Assembly (NCBI GenBank): GCA_963662315.1
Contig: OY759353.1
Span: 3,328,001-3,392,000, forward strand
Reading direction: 5' to 3'
Origin: Geopsychrobacteraceae bacterium
GTDB taxonomy: Bacteria > Desulfobacterota > Desulfuromonadia > Desulfuromonadales > Geopsychrobacteraceae
DNA length: 64,000 bases
Under the pieces are notes generated by a model. It saw only the letters and a program-made list of their open reading frames with translations. It made no database searches and was not told the origin of the DNA. A program made the translations under genes and the position numbers. Of the stretch, positions 9,566 to 19,782 are shown piece by piece. Within the stretch, counting starts at the first letter, position 1. Each line of letters opens with the position of its first letter.

Positions 9566-10390
9566 CTAATCGACATCTGCTCCGGCAGCGATGAGAACAG
9601 CGACGATTTCAGCATGGCCATTTTGCGCGGCGAGGGTCAAAGGGGTGCGGTAATTATTGATGTAGCAGTTGATGTTGGCTCCGGCGGCGATCAGATATTT
9701 AACGATTTCCAGATGTCCGTTTTGAGCGGCAACGATCAGGGCGGTTACACCACTTGTGCTTCTCCTGTTAACATCTGCCCCGGATTCGATCAACTTTGCA
9801 ACAATAGCGGTATGGCCATTCTGGGCGGCCAGCATGATGGCTGTACCACCGGTTGCATTGTGCTCGTTGATGTCGGCTTTGGCGGCGATCAGTTGTTCGA
9901 CAATGTGTGCATGGCCGTTTTGTGCGGCAACAATCAAAGCGGTAAAGCCGCCGCTTGACTGATTGTTCACCTTCGCACCGGCACTAAGCAGTTGATCGAC
10001 AATCTGTCCATGACCATTCTGGGCTGCCAGCATCAGGGCAGTGTAACCACCACCGGCCTGATTATTGACATCTGCTCCAGCGGCAATCAGTTTTTCAACA
10101 ATTTCAGCATGGCCGTTTTCTGCCGCAAAAAGAGTGGCTGTTTCACCGATATAATTACGCCCGTTGATATCGACACCGGCCGCTATGCAGGATTCAACTT
10201 CAAGGAGATTCCCATCACTTGCGGCTCGCCACAGATCTTCATTCAGATATGTTGCCGCCAGTACGCCATGCATAAATAGCCATAGAGACAAAACGAATAT
10301 CAATCCAGAAGTGCGGAGTCGCTTTGTCAAATGAAGATTCCCCCTATTCCTGTAGCAGATCGTTCTTGTAAAAAGGAAAATGGAGTTCAT
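9566..10390 (-). CDS. Ankyrin-repeat protein (probably exported; start uncertain)
   Basis: Six 33-aa TAL..AAQNGH..IV..LI.AGA..N repeats plus a degenerate first repeat. Confidence 0.92.
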   Translation of the reverse strand: MNSIFLFTRTICYRNRGNLHLTKRLRTSGLIFVLSLWLFMHGVLAATYLNEDLWRAASDGNLLEVESCIAAGVDINGRNYIGETATLFAAENGHAEIVEKLIAAGADVNNQAGGGYTALMLAAQNGHGQIVDQLLSAGAKVNNQSSGGFTALIVAAQNGHAHIVEQLIAAKADINEHNATGGTAIMLAAQNGHTAIVAKLIESGADVNRRSTSGVTALIVAAQNGHLEIVKYLIAAGANINCYINNYRTPLTLAAQNGHAEIVAVLIAAGADVD

Positions 10391-10420
10391 CAGAGCTAGT
10401 TAAGATCTGACGACCACAGG

Positions 10421-10972
10421 TCAATAATTGCAAGATGCGGATAAGTCTGAATCAACTTTCTGTTTGATTTTTTTACCGTTCTCCAGCTTGTAGACAGAAA
10501 CTCCATCGATTGGCTCGATGACAATTTCATAGTTCGCGTTTTCTTCAGGAACAAAAGCTGAAGACGTATAAAAAAATTTGAAGCAGCTCCGCGCGCAGGA
10601 TTGGTACTTTGTCCGATAGCTGTTGACCAATGGCACACCCGCTTTAACCTTAAATGTCGCTGTACTGCTGACGGATCTATTCAGGTTAAGCTGTCCCATA
10701 ACGACTGGACTGCTCGAACATGCAACCGATTTGTAAAGGTAAATGGCAGTTGGGAATGTGCGCCGGTATTCCGTTGAAATCAGTTTTCCGTTGAACGTGT
10801 CCTTTTCATCTACGGGAACAATGTTCCCGGTTTTTTCTGAAATATAATGATTAACGTCTTGCCTGACATAGGTAACAGACGCCAGGGCTCCACTATTATC
10901 AACCGAGTAGATGGGTTTTGCACAACCTGATAAGAGGGTCAAAAAAGAAATCAATAAAATGAATTTTTTCAT
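10421..10972 (-). CDS. Hypothetical lipoprotein
   Basis: MKK + hydrophobic stretch + LSGC lipobox; AAGGA RBS. Confidence 0.75.
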   Translation of the reverse strand: MKKFILLISFLTLLSGCAKPIYSVDNSGALASVTYVRQDVNHYISEKTGNIVPVDEKDTFNGKLISTEYRRTFPTAIYLYKSVACSSSPVVMGQLNLNRSVSSTATFKVKAGVPLVNSYRTKYQSCARSCFKFFYTSSAFVPEENANYEIVIEPIDGVSVYKLENGKKIKQKVDSDLSASCNY

Positions 10973-11125
10973 AACATTGCAGTCCTTTGCGGAAAGGTTT
11001 TATTAAAATATATTATTCCCGACAGGGTTTTACTTAGGTAGTGTCGTAATTAATGAACTCTTCCGATACCTTTTTATTGAAGTTTTTTCTTATGCATAAC
11101 TATGCAGCCCGATAGCGTCGTCCCG

Positions 11126-11716
11126 TTAACAGTACAGCTGAACATCAGGCAAATTGTTAAACACCTGCTCAACATCGTCATAGCGTTCTAAAACGTCTGT
11201 TATGACAGGAAGTGGCTCTGCCCAGATTTCTGGAAGGTCGCACATTTCTCTGCCGTGGGCAGGAAAAGCCAAGGCTTCAACAGGGGGACAGAACAGCGCA
11301 TTGACGCCTTCCTTGTTACCTCTGGCATCAATGCGGTACCAGCCATGCTCTTTGAGGTAGACAGCATTAAGGCCATGGAGACAATAGGGAGCACCGGAAT
11401 CATAAAGAGATAAACGCTGGTAGCATAATCCGGTCGGGATTCCGTTTTTACGAAGTAAAGCTGCCAGCAGGTGGCTTTTGGCGTAGCAATAGCCGGTACC
11501 ATGCAATAAAACGTCAGATGCCCGGCAGGTCACGGGATTCAACTTGTAGTCCCAGCTATGCTTGATATTGTCACGGACAAATTCAAAGCACCGCTTGATC
11601 ACGTCATTGTCATCCTTTGTTCCCTGAGAAAGGAGCTCTGCTTGTTTTGAAACAGCAGAATCGTAAAAGTCAATATACTGACTTGCTTGCAGATATTGCT
11701 TCATCTTTTCTCCCAA
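11126..11716 (-). CDS. Transglutaminase-like protein
   Basis: GYCYAKSHLLAALLR, HGLNAV and RIDARG give the Cys-His-Asp triad; start may be ATG 11704. Confidence 0.9.
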   Translation of the reverse strand: MGEKMKQYLQASQYIDFYDSAVSKQAELLSQGTKDDNDVIKRCFEFVRDNIKHSWDYKLNPVTCRASDVLLHGTGYCYAKSHLLAALLRKNGIPTGLCYQRLSLYDSGAPYCLHGLNAVYLKEHGWYRIDARGNKEGVNALFCPPVEALAFPAHGREMCDLPEIWAEPLPVITDVLERYDDVEQVFNNLPDVQLYC

Positions 11717-11849
11717 ATCGTTAACAGGTTCGGCCTCATAGTAACACAGCGGCGTACCGACTCGGCAAAAAAGGAGGTGTGCTCGGTCAATTTCATCGCC
11801 ATGGTCCTCATTGTTACACGATGATCGATTTGCAACGCTGAACGCAATT

Positions 11850-13301
11850 CTATTTCAGGTAACGTAAGGCATGGTAATCGGTGTACGCAGAAAGAGTCGG
11901 TGCGACACTTGATTCTCGACCTATTCCGCTGCTTTTGATTCCGCCAAAGGGCATCCCAAAAACCGATGAGCCCAGGCCATGGGTATTAATAAAGGTCAAG
12001 CCGGCTTCGATTTCTCTTGCGACTTCTACCGCACGGTCAAAATCACCCGACCATACAGAGGAAGCCAGGCCATATTCACTTGCATTGGCATAAGTAAGCG
12101 CTTCTTCGAGTGTTCTATATGGAGTAATCGGGATAACGGGGCCAAACTGCTCGCAGCCAACAAGTTGTGATGTATGATCTCGGTCTAGCACGACATGTGG
12201 CCTTATATAGTAGCCGTTGCTCCAATTCTCAGGTTCCAGCATGGTTCCCAATTCATAGACCTTACAACCCACGGATCTGGCGTTTTCGACAAGGCTGCAT
12301 AAAAAAGCCAATTGACTGGCATTGTTGACCGGACCAAGGGAGGCTCTTTCATCCAGGCCATGGCCAACTTTAAATTCATTGATGTGGTCACAAATTGAGT
12401 CGATGAAGGTGCTACATAGCTTTTCCGGGACATAAAGGCGTTTGACGGCATAACAAACTTGGCCGGTACGGGTAAAGATACCTCTGAGCAACCGGGGCAT
12501 AATCTCTTCAAGATTGACATCGTCAAGCAAAATGGCAGGATCATTTCCTCCCAATTCAAGAGTAACTGCTTTGAACGAGGCGGCCGCCTGGTTCATAACT
12601 TTCTTTCCTGTCTTGCTACCTCCGGTAAAGGCCACTTTTTTTACCAGCTCATGCCGAGTCAGTGCGGTTCCTGTTTCTTCATCTCCGTGGACGACATTGA
12701 TGACGCCGTCTGGTAAACACGCTGACATTCTTTTCAACAATAACGTTAAGGCAAGGGGGGCATTTGGTGAAGGTTTTACAACAATGGTATTGCCCGTCAT
12801 CAATGCGGGAGCAAGCTTCATCATGGTTAAAACGACTGGCATGTTCCATGGAACAATCGCAACAACGACGCCCTTGGGTATTTTTTCAATACTTATCCAG
12901 CTGATGTCGTCTTCACTTTGCTCCGCTTCCATAAACTCGGCGACTACCCCTGAATACTTTTCCAAATAATTGTAGCCCGCCATAAAGTCCATATTGGCTT
13001 CACGCAACAACCCTCCATGCTCAGATACGAGTAACGGGGCTAGTTCCGCTATGGATGCTTTCAGCACGCCAGCTGCTGACATGACTTGAGCTATTCTTTC
13101 TTTGGTCTCTAGCTTTCGCCAGCGTAAAAACGCCTGGTGCGCCGCCTGAACAGCTCTATCGACGTCTTCTACGCTAGCAACAGGAGCCCGCCCAATGCGA
13201 TCGGTCAAACGACCTGGATCATAGACATCGGTATAATTCTTAGTTGAAATGTCACAATTATTGATCCAAAGGTCGACCTGAAGATCGTGGCACCTGTCCA
13301 T
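11850..13301 (-). CDS. Aldehyde dehydrogenase
   Basis: PWNMP, FTGG, LELGGND (catalytic Glu), GQVC (catalytic Cys), EQFGP motifs. Confidence 0.95.
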   Translation of the reverse strand: MDRCHDLQVDLWINNCDISTKNYTDVYDPGRLTDRIGRAPVASVEDVDRAVQAAHQAFLRWRKLETKERIAQVMSAAGVLKASIAELAPLLVSEHGGLLREANMDFMAGYNYLEKYSGVVAEFMEAEQSEDDISWISIEKIPKGVVVAIVPWNMPVVLTMMKLAPALMTGNTIVVKPSPNAPLALTLLLKRMSACLPDGVINVVHGDEETGTALTRHELVKKVAFTGGSKTGKKVMNQAAASFKAVTLELGGNDPAILLDDVNLEEIMPRLLRGIFTRTGQVCYAVKRLYVPEKLCSTFIDSICDHINEFKVGHGLDERASLGPVNNASQLAFLCSLVENARSVGCKVYELGTMLEPENWSNGYYIRPHVVLDRDHTSQLVGCEQFGPVIPITPYRTLEEALTYANASEYGLASSVWSGDFDRAVEVAREIEAGLTFINTHGLGSSVFGMPFGGIKSSGIGRESSVAPTLSAYTDYHALRYLK

Positions 13302-13404
13302 CAGCTTCCTCCTTCTTTTCCAGTGAGATTACGGAATATTTAAAATGTCTCAATACTTGCAAAGATGGCTGCAAGTGACTCAATCATGAAATGTATTGAT
13401 AGGC

Positions 13405-13420
13405 AGCATGAACAATGCCA
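13405..13420 (-). promoter_or_regulatory. sigma54 -24/-12 promoter of the aldehyde dehydrogenase gene
   Basis: Minus strand TGGCATTGTTCATGCT (GG-N10-GC), about 100 bp upstream of ATG. Confidence 0.7.
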
Positions 13421-13703
13421 ATCAACCAGAAAGTTCTCTGCTTATGATGCTCCGTTTTTGTTGCATGAACAAAGAGCTGTGAAAGTGGGGCATGAGAGTC
13501 AATCTTTATCTTAGCTTCAACCTCTTATCGCGTTGTTTGTCTCTTTTGAATAGAGATTAAATTCATGTCATCTTTAGAAAAAAGACAAAAAATCTCACTT
13601 TAAAACTTAGGCCATTCAAAGATGCTCTGCTGACATTTTAATAACTCAGTAGTAAGAGGGGTCGCTAGGCAAGATATTTAACCGGGACTTAGCAGATCAG
13701 AGA

Positions 13704-14324
13704 TTATTTCAGTACGAGAAAACCTCCTGCCACCATCAGCAGCAAACCGGAAAACCGCTCAATGCGGTATGTATGGGCATCAAGAACTTGACGGACAAAG
13801 GCGCTGCCAATGCAGAAAGAGATAAGTAGATCCCAAAGCAGTACGACACTGAACATCCAGCCACCATAATAAAGCTGATGCCGGATCGGAGTCTGCTGGG
13901 ATACAATGACGGACATGAGACTCAGATAGAAAATTGCATTTTTAGGGTTGAGGATCGCTGACAGGAAGCCACGCACAAACATTTGCATATGGCCGATGTT
14001 TGGTGCTTCGAGCCGCGGTTCCGTGGTGCAGATATTTTTCCGGGCCGACTTGATCAATAGCATACCCAAGTACATGAGATAGCCCGCCGCAATAATTTTC
14101 ATTCCACCAAAGATCAGCGCATTTTCCCTGAGGATACTGAAGCCACCGACCGCCAAAAGAATATACACGCCGTTGGCAACTGCGATCCCGAGGCAGGTCC
14201 CAATGGTTTTCCGATAGCCATATTTAATCGAACACCCCATGAGCAGGAGAAAATCAGGCCCAGGACTGAGAAGGGCGACAAAATGGGCTATTGCAAGAGA
14301 ACCGAATTCAACAAAATCAATCAT
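13704..14324 (-). CDS. LysE/RhtB family exporter
   Basis: LSPGPDF and GFLSAILNPK motifs; AAGGAG RBS before ATG 14324. Confidence 0.9.
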   Translation of the reverse strand: MIDFVEFGSLAIAHFVALLSPGPDFLLLMGCSIKYGYRKTIGTCLGIAVANGVYILLAVGGFSILRENALIFGGMKIIAAGYLMYLGMLLIKSARKNICTTEPRLEAPNIGHMQMFVRGFLSAILNPKNAIFYLSLMSVIVSQQTPIRHQLYYGGWMFSVVLLWDLLISFCIGSAFVRQVLDAHTYRIERFSGLLLMVAGGFLVLK

Positions 14325-14391
14325 GACCAACACTCCTTTTTTAAGGAGTGTAGTGGTTATTGACCCTGGAAGATTGTATCGAATTGACTTT

Positions 14392-15195
14392 TCAGGAACG
14401 TGACTGGTATTGACCAGGAGTCGCTGCGGTAAATTGGCGGAAAGTTCGATGGAAATGGCTCTGATCAACAAACCCGGTTTCTGCCGCGACTGCTGCAGGT
14501 GGCAAACCGTCTTTCAGCAGTTTTTTTGCCCTGTCTATACGCACGTTGAGGCGGTATTCGTGCGGCGTTAATCCCACATTCTTTTTAAAACTGCGAAGTA
14601 AATGGTAGGGATTGTAACCTACTTTGGCGGCCAGCTGCTGCAAAGTAATATTTTCGCCGAGGGAGTGACTGAGGAGGTCTTTTATCGCGTCAATGTATGC
14701 TGGCGGGATGGGAGTGTTTGTCTCAGGGCTTTGGGCATTGAGTTGCAATAAATCAGCAACAAAACCCGTTAATTGTTCTGAAAAATTCAATGCAAAACCA
14801 GGCTGCTTCAACTGATTTGCTAAACTCACAAGTCTTGAAAAAAGTGCGGTGTTGTTAATGACCGGCATCTTTGGCAGCTTAAGTTTGGGGTATTCGCCTA
14901 AAACTTCGCGCTGTAAAGCGAGGCACCAGTCAGCGTCAAAATGGGCCATCAAGTAGGACCTGGAATCCTTCTCAGGGTTACAGCTATGGACAATATCAGG
15001 GCCTATAACCACCAGCGAACCCGCCGGGACGAGATAGTCAGCCCCCTGCAAATGCATTATGGTCGCTCCCTGAGTCACTGCCCCAATAGACAACTCGGGA
15101 TGGGAATGATCTTTGTAACGTTCTGAACTATTCTCTGTAAAGCGTAACTCAAACCAAGGGATTGAGGGCAACGCGGCAAAATGATTTATAGGCAT
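14392..15195 (-). CDS. AraC family transcriptional regulator
   Basis: N-terminal HSH cupin-like domain; C-terminal AraC HTH (GFVDQSHFHRTF..TPGQY). Confidence 0.93.
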   Translation of the reverse strand: MPINHFAALPSIPWFELRFTENSSERYKDHSHPELSIGAVTQGATIMHLQGADYLVPAGSLVVIGPDIVHSCNPEKDSRSYLMAHFDADWCLALQREVLGEYPKLKLPKMPVINNTALFSRLVSLANQLKQPGFALNFSEQLTGFVADLLQLNAQSPETNTPIPPAYIDAIKDLLSHSLGENITLQQLAAKVGYNPYHLLRSFKKNVGLTPHEYRLNVRIDRAKKLLKDGLPPAAVAAETGFVDQSHFHRTFRQFTAATPGQYQSRS

Positions 15196-15519
15196 AAGCC
15201 AAATTTAGGCAGACAGAGTCATCTCGGCAAGCAAAAAATCAGGGTTCATCCCATCTTTGTCAGGTGGATTTGGGGCAAATAAGAAAACTTAGAAAAAGCC
15301 ATGACCAAACCACAATATCCGATGGAAAACTTTCAGTAATTATCGTCATGACTTGACAGCCGTGCCGTTTCACTCTATTCATTAAAGCCGAAAAGTTTCA
15401 AGCGGGAGGGGGCCTGCCTGATTGTTCAGCTATTTTCTGTGTCTGTCAGCTAATCCTACAATCATTCAAGCGTCTCTCCTTCGTTATTACACCTAAATAT
15501 CAAACACGAGGGGGAACTC

Positions 15520-16068
15520 ATGTCCAAAGGAAACGTTCTGATCAACGGTCGCACCGCCGTGCATAAAGGGAGTAACGGCACACTGACCACCATCGATGTG
15601 TGCCTGACCAAAGTCGGTAAACCTGTCATACCTATTCCTTATGTCAATATCGCCCGCAGTGCCGACGCCGCCCAAACCGCCAGCACTGTATTCGTCAACG
15701 GTAACCCTATTTGCCATAAGAATTCCATATTTTCCAAAAGCACCGGCGACGAGCCCGGCAACCGCAAAGGGATCAAAAGCGGCACCATCACTGAAAAAGC
15801 CGAGTTCGTCACTGCCTCCAGCAATGTCTACATCGAAGGTATCGCCGCCGTGCGCCAGGGGGACATGATGGTCAGCAACAACGCCAACACCGCGCCCATG
15901 CCACTGATGCAACCGGGAGCGGCGAGGCCGAAGAAGAATAAGCTTGAGGATGTAGATGGGGTAGATGAGAGTGAACTCCCTTATGCTGTCCCGATTAAGG
16001 TATCAGGAAGTCAGGTCAGTCTGCAGAATGACCTGAATGGTATCTGTGATGATGAAGGGGACTGCTAA
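15520..16068 (+). CDS. DUF4150 (PAAR-like) T6SS spike-tip protein with acidic C-terminal tail
   Basis: DVCLT..PIPYVNIA, STGDEPG..G..SG and SNVYIEG..AVR.GD motifs. Confidence 0.9.
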   Translation: MSKGNVLINGRTAVHKGSNGTLTTIDVCLTKVGKPVIPIPYVNIARSADAAQTASTVFVNGNPICHKNSIFSKSTGDEPGNRKGIKSGTITEKAEFVTASSNVYIEGIAAVRQGDMMVSNNANTAPMPLMQPGAARPKKNKLEDVDGVDESELPYAVPIKVSGSQVSLQNDLNGICDDEGDC

Positions 16069-16069
16069 T

Positions 16070-19000
16070 ATGGGGCACTTGGAAGTCCAGTTTGAAACCA
16101 TGAAACCGATCTCCGATCCAACCAGTTCCAATCAGTCATCGGAAGCCTATCGCAAAATTGATCTCTACAGTCAAAAGAATGGTAAGAAAAAGCTGTACCT
16201 GCGCATTCTCGATCCACAATCAAAGGTAAACACCTATAATATTCTTGCCGGATACACAACCCCCTACAAACGAGACGAGCTTGAAGACAAAATTCTCGAT
16301 AATATTCTTGTCCCTGCAATGTTTCGTTGCTATGCAACACCCGATCGCAACCCAGCTATGGCTACCAATCCGGGAAAAGGTTGGATATACATCATTCGCA
16401 CCTTTAAAGACTGTGATGGTTCTGATACGACGGAACTGTGGCGTGAATTAAAAAGTTTAGGAACCGGCAGCTATCAAGATGTCAATCTCATTGAAAATCT
16501 GGGAACAGATGAGAATCAGATTTTAAGAAAAGACACCGAGCATCGCGAAGCAACATGCCAGCCAGCCTTTCGTGTTTTACTCCCCTACAAGGTCAACAAA
16601 GACCCCCAACAACTGTGGATTGCCTACTCTGAAGTTCAGTGGAGTTTAGCACGGATTCAGCAGATGCTCGATGATGTGGACTTACGCGAAAAACGGATGC
16701 ACAGTGTTGATTTGAGTGATGCAGATGCTGATTTTGCCAACAGCAACTGCTCGTGGGTTCGGAAAAAACTGCAGCAGTTCGATTCAATCAATATCTATGA
16801 TTGGCAAGATACCTGTGGAAAACCTGCCAAACTATATAACCTGAAAACAGCGCCAGATACTGAAAGCAAAAATCTGCCTGAGAGTTTCAAAGAAGATATT
16901 CCGGTTATCTATTTAGATAACCCGGTTGGTATCGCCAAAGATTTAGCGGCAGTATATCAGAGCGCCTGCAAAGCGATGCATGAAGAAGTTGCCGTCACCT
17001 ATGCCCAGGCAGGAACAAACCAGATAGATCGCGAAAATCCCAACATGTATGACCCTTCAAATTGGGTCAAGTCTGCCATCCTTCTGAATAAATATATCCA
17101 TACCAAGCTGGGTCCTTCGCCAACAGCACAGGTTCCGGCACGCAAACAAAAGCTCAGCGAACTACAAGCTGATTACGGTGAGCAGCTTAAAATCAGATAC
17201 CAGAACCAAGATAAGTATTCAGCAGTACAAAAGCAGGAACAGGATAAAATCATTCATGATCTCAACAAAGAGATCTGTCGGTTAAAACAGGAAACAGATG
17301 TTAACTCACGTCCTTTTTTAGACGAAAACAATACCTATAAATCCCATAAAGACCATCTCCAGCGAGTCCGCGATGCTATAGACCCAAAACGTCTGGAGAG
17401 AGCGCTGTATAAAGAGCAGCGTATTCCGCTCAGGGAGGACATTCTAACCACCCGTAAACAGCTGGTCAATTTTCTGCAACATGAATTAGCAACAGCCGAT
17501 GACACTCCAATGCTGTTGGCACTGGATGATCACTTCACCCTGCCAACTTTTTATCCGACCAATATGGTCGTTAAGGAAATTGCCAATAAACTGGCAGCGG
17601 TGGATGATCCTAACGCAAAACCAAACACTCTAAAACCAGAACGGGTCTGGCCCAACTGGAAAATTGATGCCTGGGCCACTATGGCAGGTATTTTAGGTTG
17701 GCTCGACAAGCATGAGTATACCTTCGATCATGAAATGGAAGCAGACTACGATGCCTGGAAGCTGCGTTTTGAAGGTGAAGGGTGTGAATTATTGCGCAAA
17801 CTGCATGACCCAGAGTTTGGTTATGCTGTTCATAAACGCCTCTTCCCTAAGGCAGGTAGCGATCCCCTGAGCCCGGCAGATCAAGGGAACGATCCGGCAT
17901 TTTACCAATTATTCCAATTTGTTCCTGCTGTCGACCTGACAGATCAGGATAAAAAGCTCCTTATTGAGGAGACGATGGCTCAGATGCGGAATTTTCTAAA
18001 GCAGTTCATAGAAATTTACGCCATGAAAAATAACAGCACCAAAGGAAAGCAGGTTAACTTCCCCGATTATGCATCCAGTATCAAGCGTATCGAACAATGC
18101 CAGGCGCGGATTTTTACCGATATCACTCAGATTCCCCTCACCGAGGAAGTTGTTGATATCCATACCTACTCAACCTATATAGGCAGTGATTCCTTCGCAC
18201 AATTCCGTAAGTTTTTCATTATGGGTGGTAAATACTGGGATAAAGCCCTGGACAATGCTACCGAAGAAGCAAAAAAAGGAATTAAAGTTGCAGTAAAAAC
18301 CGGTAGTAACAAACAAGCTATTGCCGATTTTGAGGCACGAATCAACGCGTCAGAAATCACCAAAGCCGCCGGAACCGGGTTGCTGACCATTATCGAAATC
18401 GTCAATGTCAAAAATTCCTTACAGGCCTTTTTTGATGCTGATGAACAAAACCAGGATTTCTATCACCTGTTTGATTTGATCGATAGTAGTTTGAGTTTGT
18501 TTGGGACGGTTGGGGATCTTAAACAAACGTTTGCTACTGCAGCAGCATCAGTTGGAAGAAGACATACAGTAGTTGCTCGCGAAGGAGCCGCTGCAATCAA
18601 AGGCTCTCTCGGATATAGTATCGCAGGTTTTGCCAGCACTGCCATGGACGTCTGCTTTGCCCTCGACCATATGTTTGACAATATCCGCCAAGGGGATGAC
18701 AGTTATAATGCCCATATGGTTATTGCCTGTGGTGGCTTTTTGTCATTGCTGGGTGCAGAATCTGCTATGGCAATCCTTGTTGGGGCAGAAGCAGCTGCAG
18801 CCCTTGCGCCATTAGGGTTAGTCGGTGCAACCCTTGCCTTCATTGGCTATGCGTTATTAGCGACTCTGTTTCCGGAGAAAAACGCCATAGAGCTTTGGGC
18901 CATTAATGGCCCTTTTGGTCTGGTTCCGTTTATGGGCCATGAAGCAGGAGACGATCCCCGTTTACGCCGCTCAACTGATTCTAGTCACCGGATACTAACA

Positions 19001-19768
19001 AATAGAGGGAAAAAACGAACTCTTAAAGAGACCGAAAAACAGTACCGCTACCATGTTTGGTGTGAAACAGCGGAAGAAGCCTATAAGGCAATTCTAGATG
19101 CCCTCTATCGGCCTAAAGTCAGTATTGTCCCGACTCAGCATAACTCAGAACAGCGCCTGATGGTAAAAATCAGTGCCCCTTGGAAACCGGTAAAAAGCTA
19201 CTTAACAGTTGAATGCCGCCAGATTGAGCGCCCCTGGGTGAAAACCAAAAAGGGCTACCGAATCGTTACTGCACGCAACAAAGGTTCGTTTCAGGGGTTA
19301 CAAAAACGTAAGTCTTTGGGTATTACTGATTCGGCTACAGATTATTTTACGGATATGCAATTAGAAGAAACGGATATCACGACAATTTACTTGGAAAACC
19401 CCATCGAGTTCAATCAGGTCGATGATGTAAAGTATTTCAACCTTGGGGAATACCTTGATAAAGACGCTGATAAACCCAATAGTTACCAGATAAACTTTTT
19501 TAATCACATTCACACGGAGTTGCTCGTTAAAGTAAAACTCCATGTCACCGGAAAAACAGAATTCACCATCCCATACGAAACTATCGTTTATGATGACACA
19601 GGTGATACCATCAGCACGGAAGAGGAAACATCAGCGAAAGACAGTAAGCCCACTACCAATGATGCAGCCGATCAGCAAGAGCAGGAAAATAAAGAAAACC
19701 ATTGGTTAACCGCCCATTTCAGCGGGTTAAATCCCTACCGGGGTCATGCTGAAGATGAAGAAAATTGA
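16070..19768 (+). CDS. Putative T6SS effector, MIX-motif/VasX-like, with hydrophobic C-terminal region
   Basis: Directly follows the PAAR gene; GWIYII..LWREL..YQDVNL and AYSEVQWS MIX-like motifs; Gly/Ala-rich hydrophobic hairpin around aa 890-945; start may be 16037. Confidence 0.7.
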   Translation: MGHLEVQFETMKPISDPTSSNQSSEAYRKIDLYSQKNGKKKLYLRILDPQSKVNTYNILAGYTTPYKRDELEDKILDNILVPAMFRCYATPDRNPAMATNPGKGWIYIIRTFKDCDGSDTTELWRELKSLGTGSYQDVNLIENLGTDENQILRKDTEHREATCQPAFRVLLPYKVNKDPQQLWIAYSEVQWSLARIQQMLDDVDLREKRMHSVDLSDADADFANSNCSWVRKKLQQFDSINIYDWQDTCGKPAKLYNLKTAPDTESKNLPESFKEDIPVIYLDNPVGIAKDLAAVYQSACKAMHEEVAVTYAQAGTNQIDRENPNMYDPSNWVKSAILLNKYIHTKLGPSPTAQVPARKQKLSELQADYGEQLKIRYQNQDKYSAVQKQEQDKIIHDLNKEICRLKQETDVNSRPFLDENNTYKSHKDHLQRVRDAIDPKRLERALYKEQRIPLREDILTTRKQLVNFLQHELATADDTPMLLALDDHFTLPTFYPTNMVVKEIANKLAAVDDPNAKPNTLKPERVWPNWKIDAWATMAGILGWLDKHEYTFDHEMEADYDAWKLRFEGEGCELLRKLHDPEFGYAVHKRLFPKAGSDPLSPADQGNDPAFYQLFQFVPAVDLTDQDKKLLIEETMAQMRNFLKQFIEIYAMKNNSTKGKQVNFPDYASSIKRIEQCQARIFTDITQIPLTEEVVDIHTYSTYIGSDSFAQFRKFFIMGGKYWDKALDNATEEAKKGIKVAVKTGSNKQAIADFEARINASEITKAAGTGLLTIIEIVNVKNSLQAFFDADEQNQDFYHLFDLIDSSLSLFGTVGDLKQTFATAAASVGRRHTVVAREGAAAIKGSLGYSIAGFASTAMDVCFALDHMFDNIRQGDDSYNAHMVIACGGFLSLLGAESAMAILVGAEAAAALAPLGLVGATLAFIGYALLATLFPEKNAIELWAINGPFGLVPFMGHEAGDDPRLRRSTDSSHRILTNRGKKRTLKETEKQYRYHVWCETAEEAYKAILDALYRPKVSIVPTQHNSEQRLMVKISAPWKPVKSYLTVECRQIERPWVKTKKGYRIVTARNKGSFQGLQKRKSLGITDSATDYFTDMQLEETDITTIYLENPIEFNQVDDVKYFNLGEYLDKDADKPNSYQINFFNHIHTELLVKVKLHVTGKTEFTIPYETIVYDDTGDTISTEEETSAKDSKPTTNDAADQQEQENKENHWLTAHFSGLNPYRGHAEDEEN

Positions 19769-19782
19769 TACGAGCAATTAAA

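Noticed and set aside
9566..10260. 99-bp periodic repeats that could look like a CRISPR array
   Set aside because: They are degenerate in-frame ankyrin repeats, with no conserved repeat/unique spacer structure.
11717..11810. Minus-strand translation EIDRAHLLFCRVGTPLC faintly resembling a UvrA segment
   Set aside because: Too short to tell from chance without a search.
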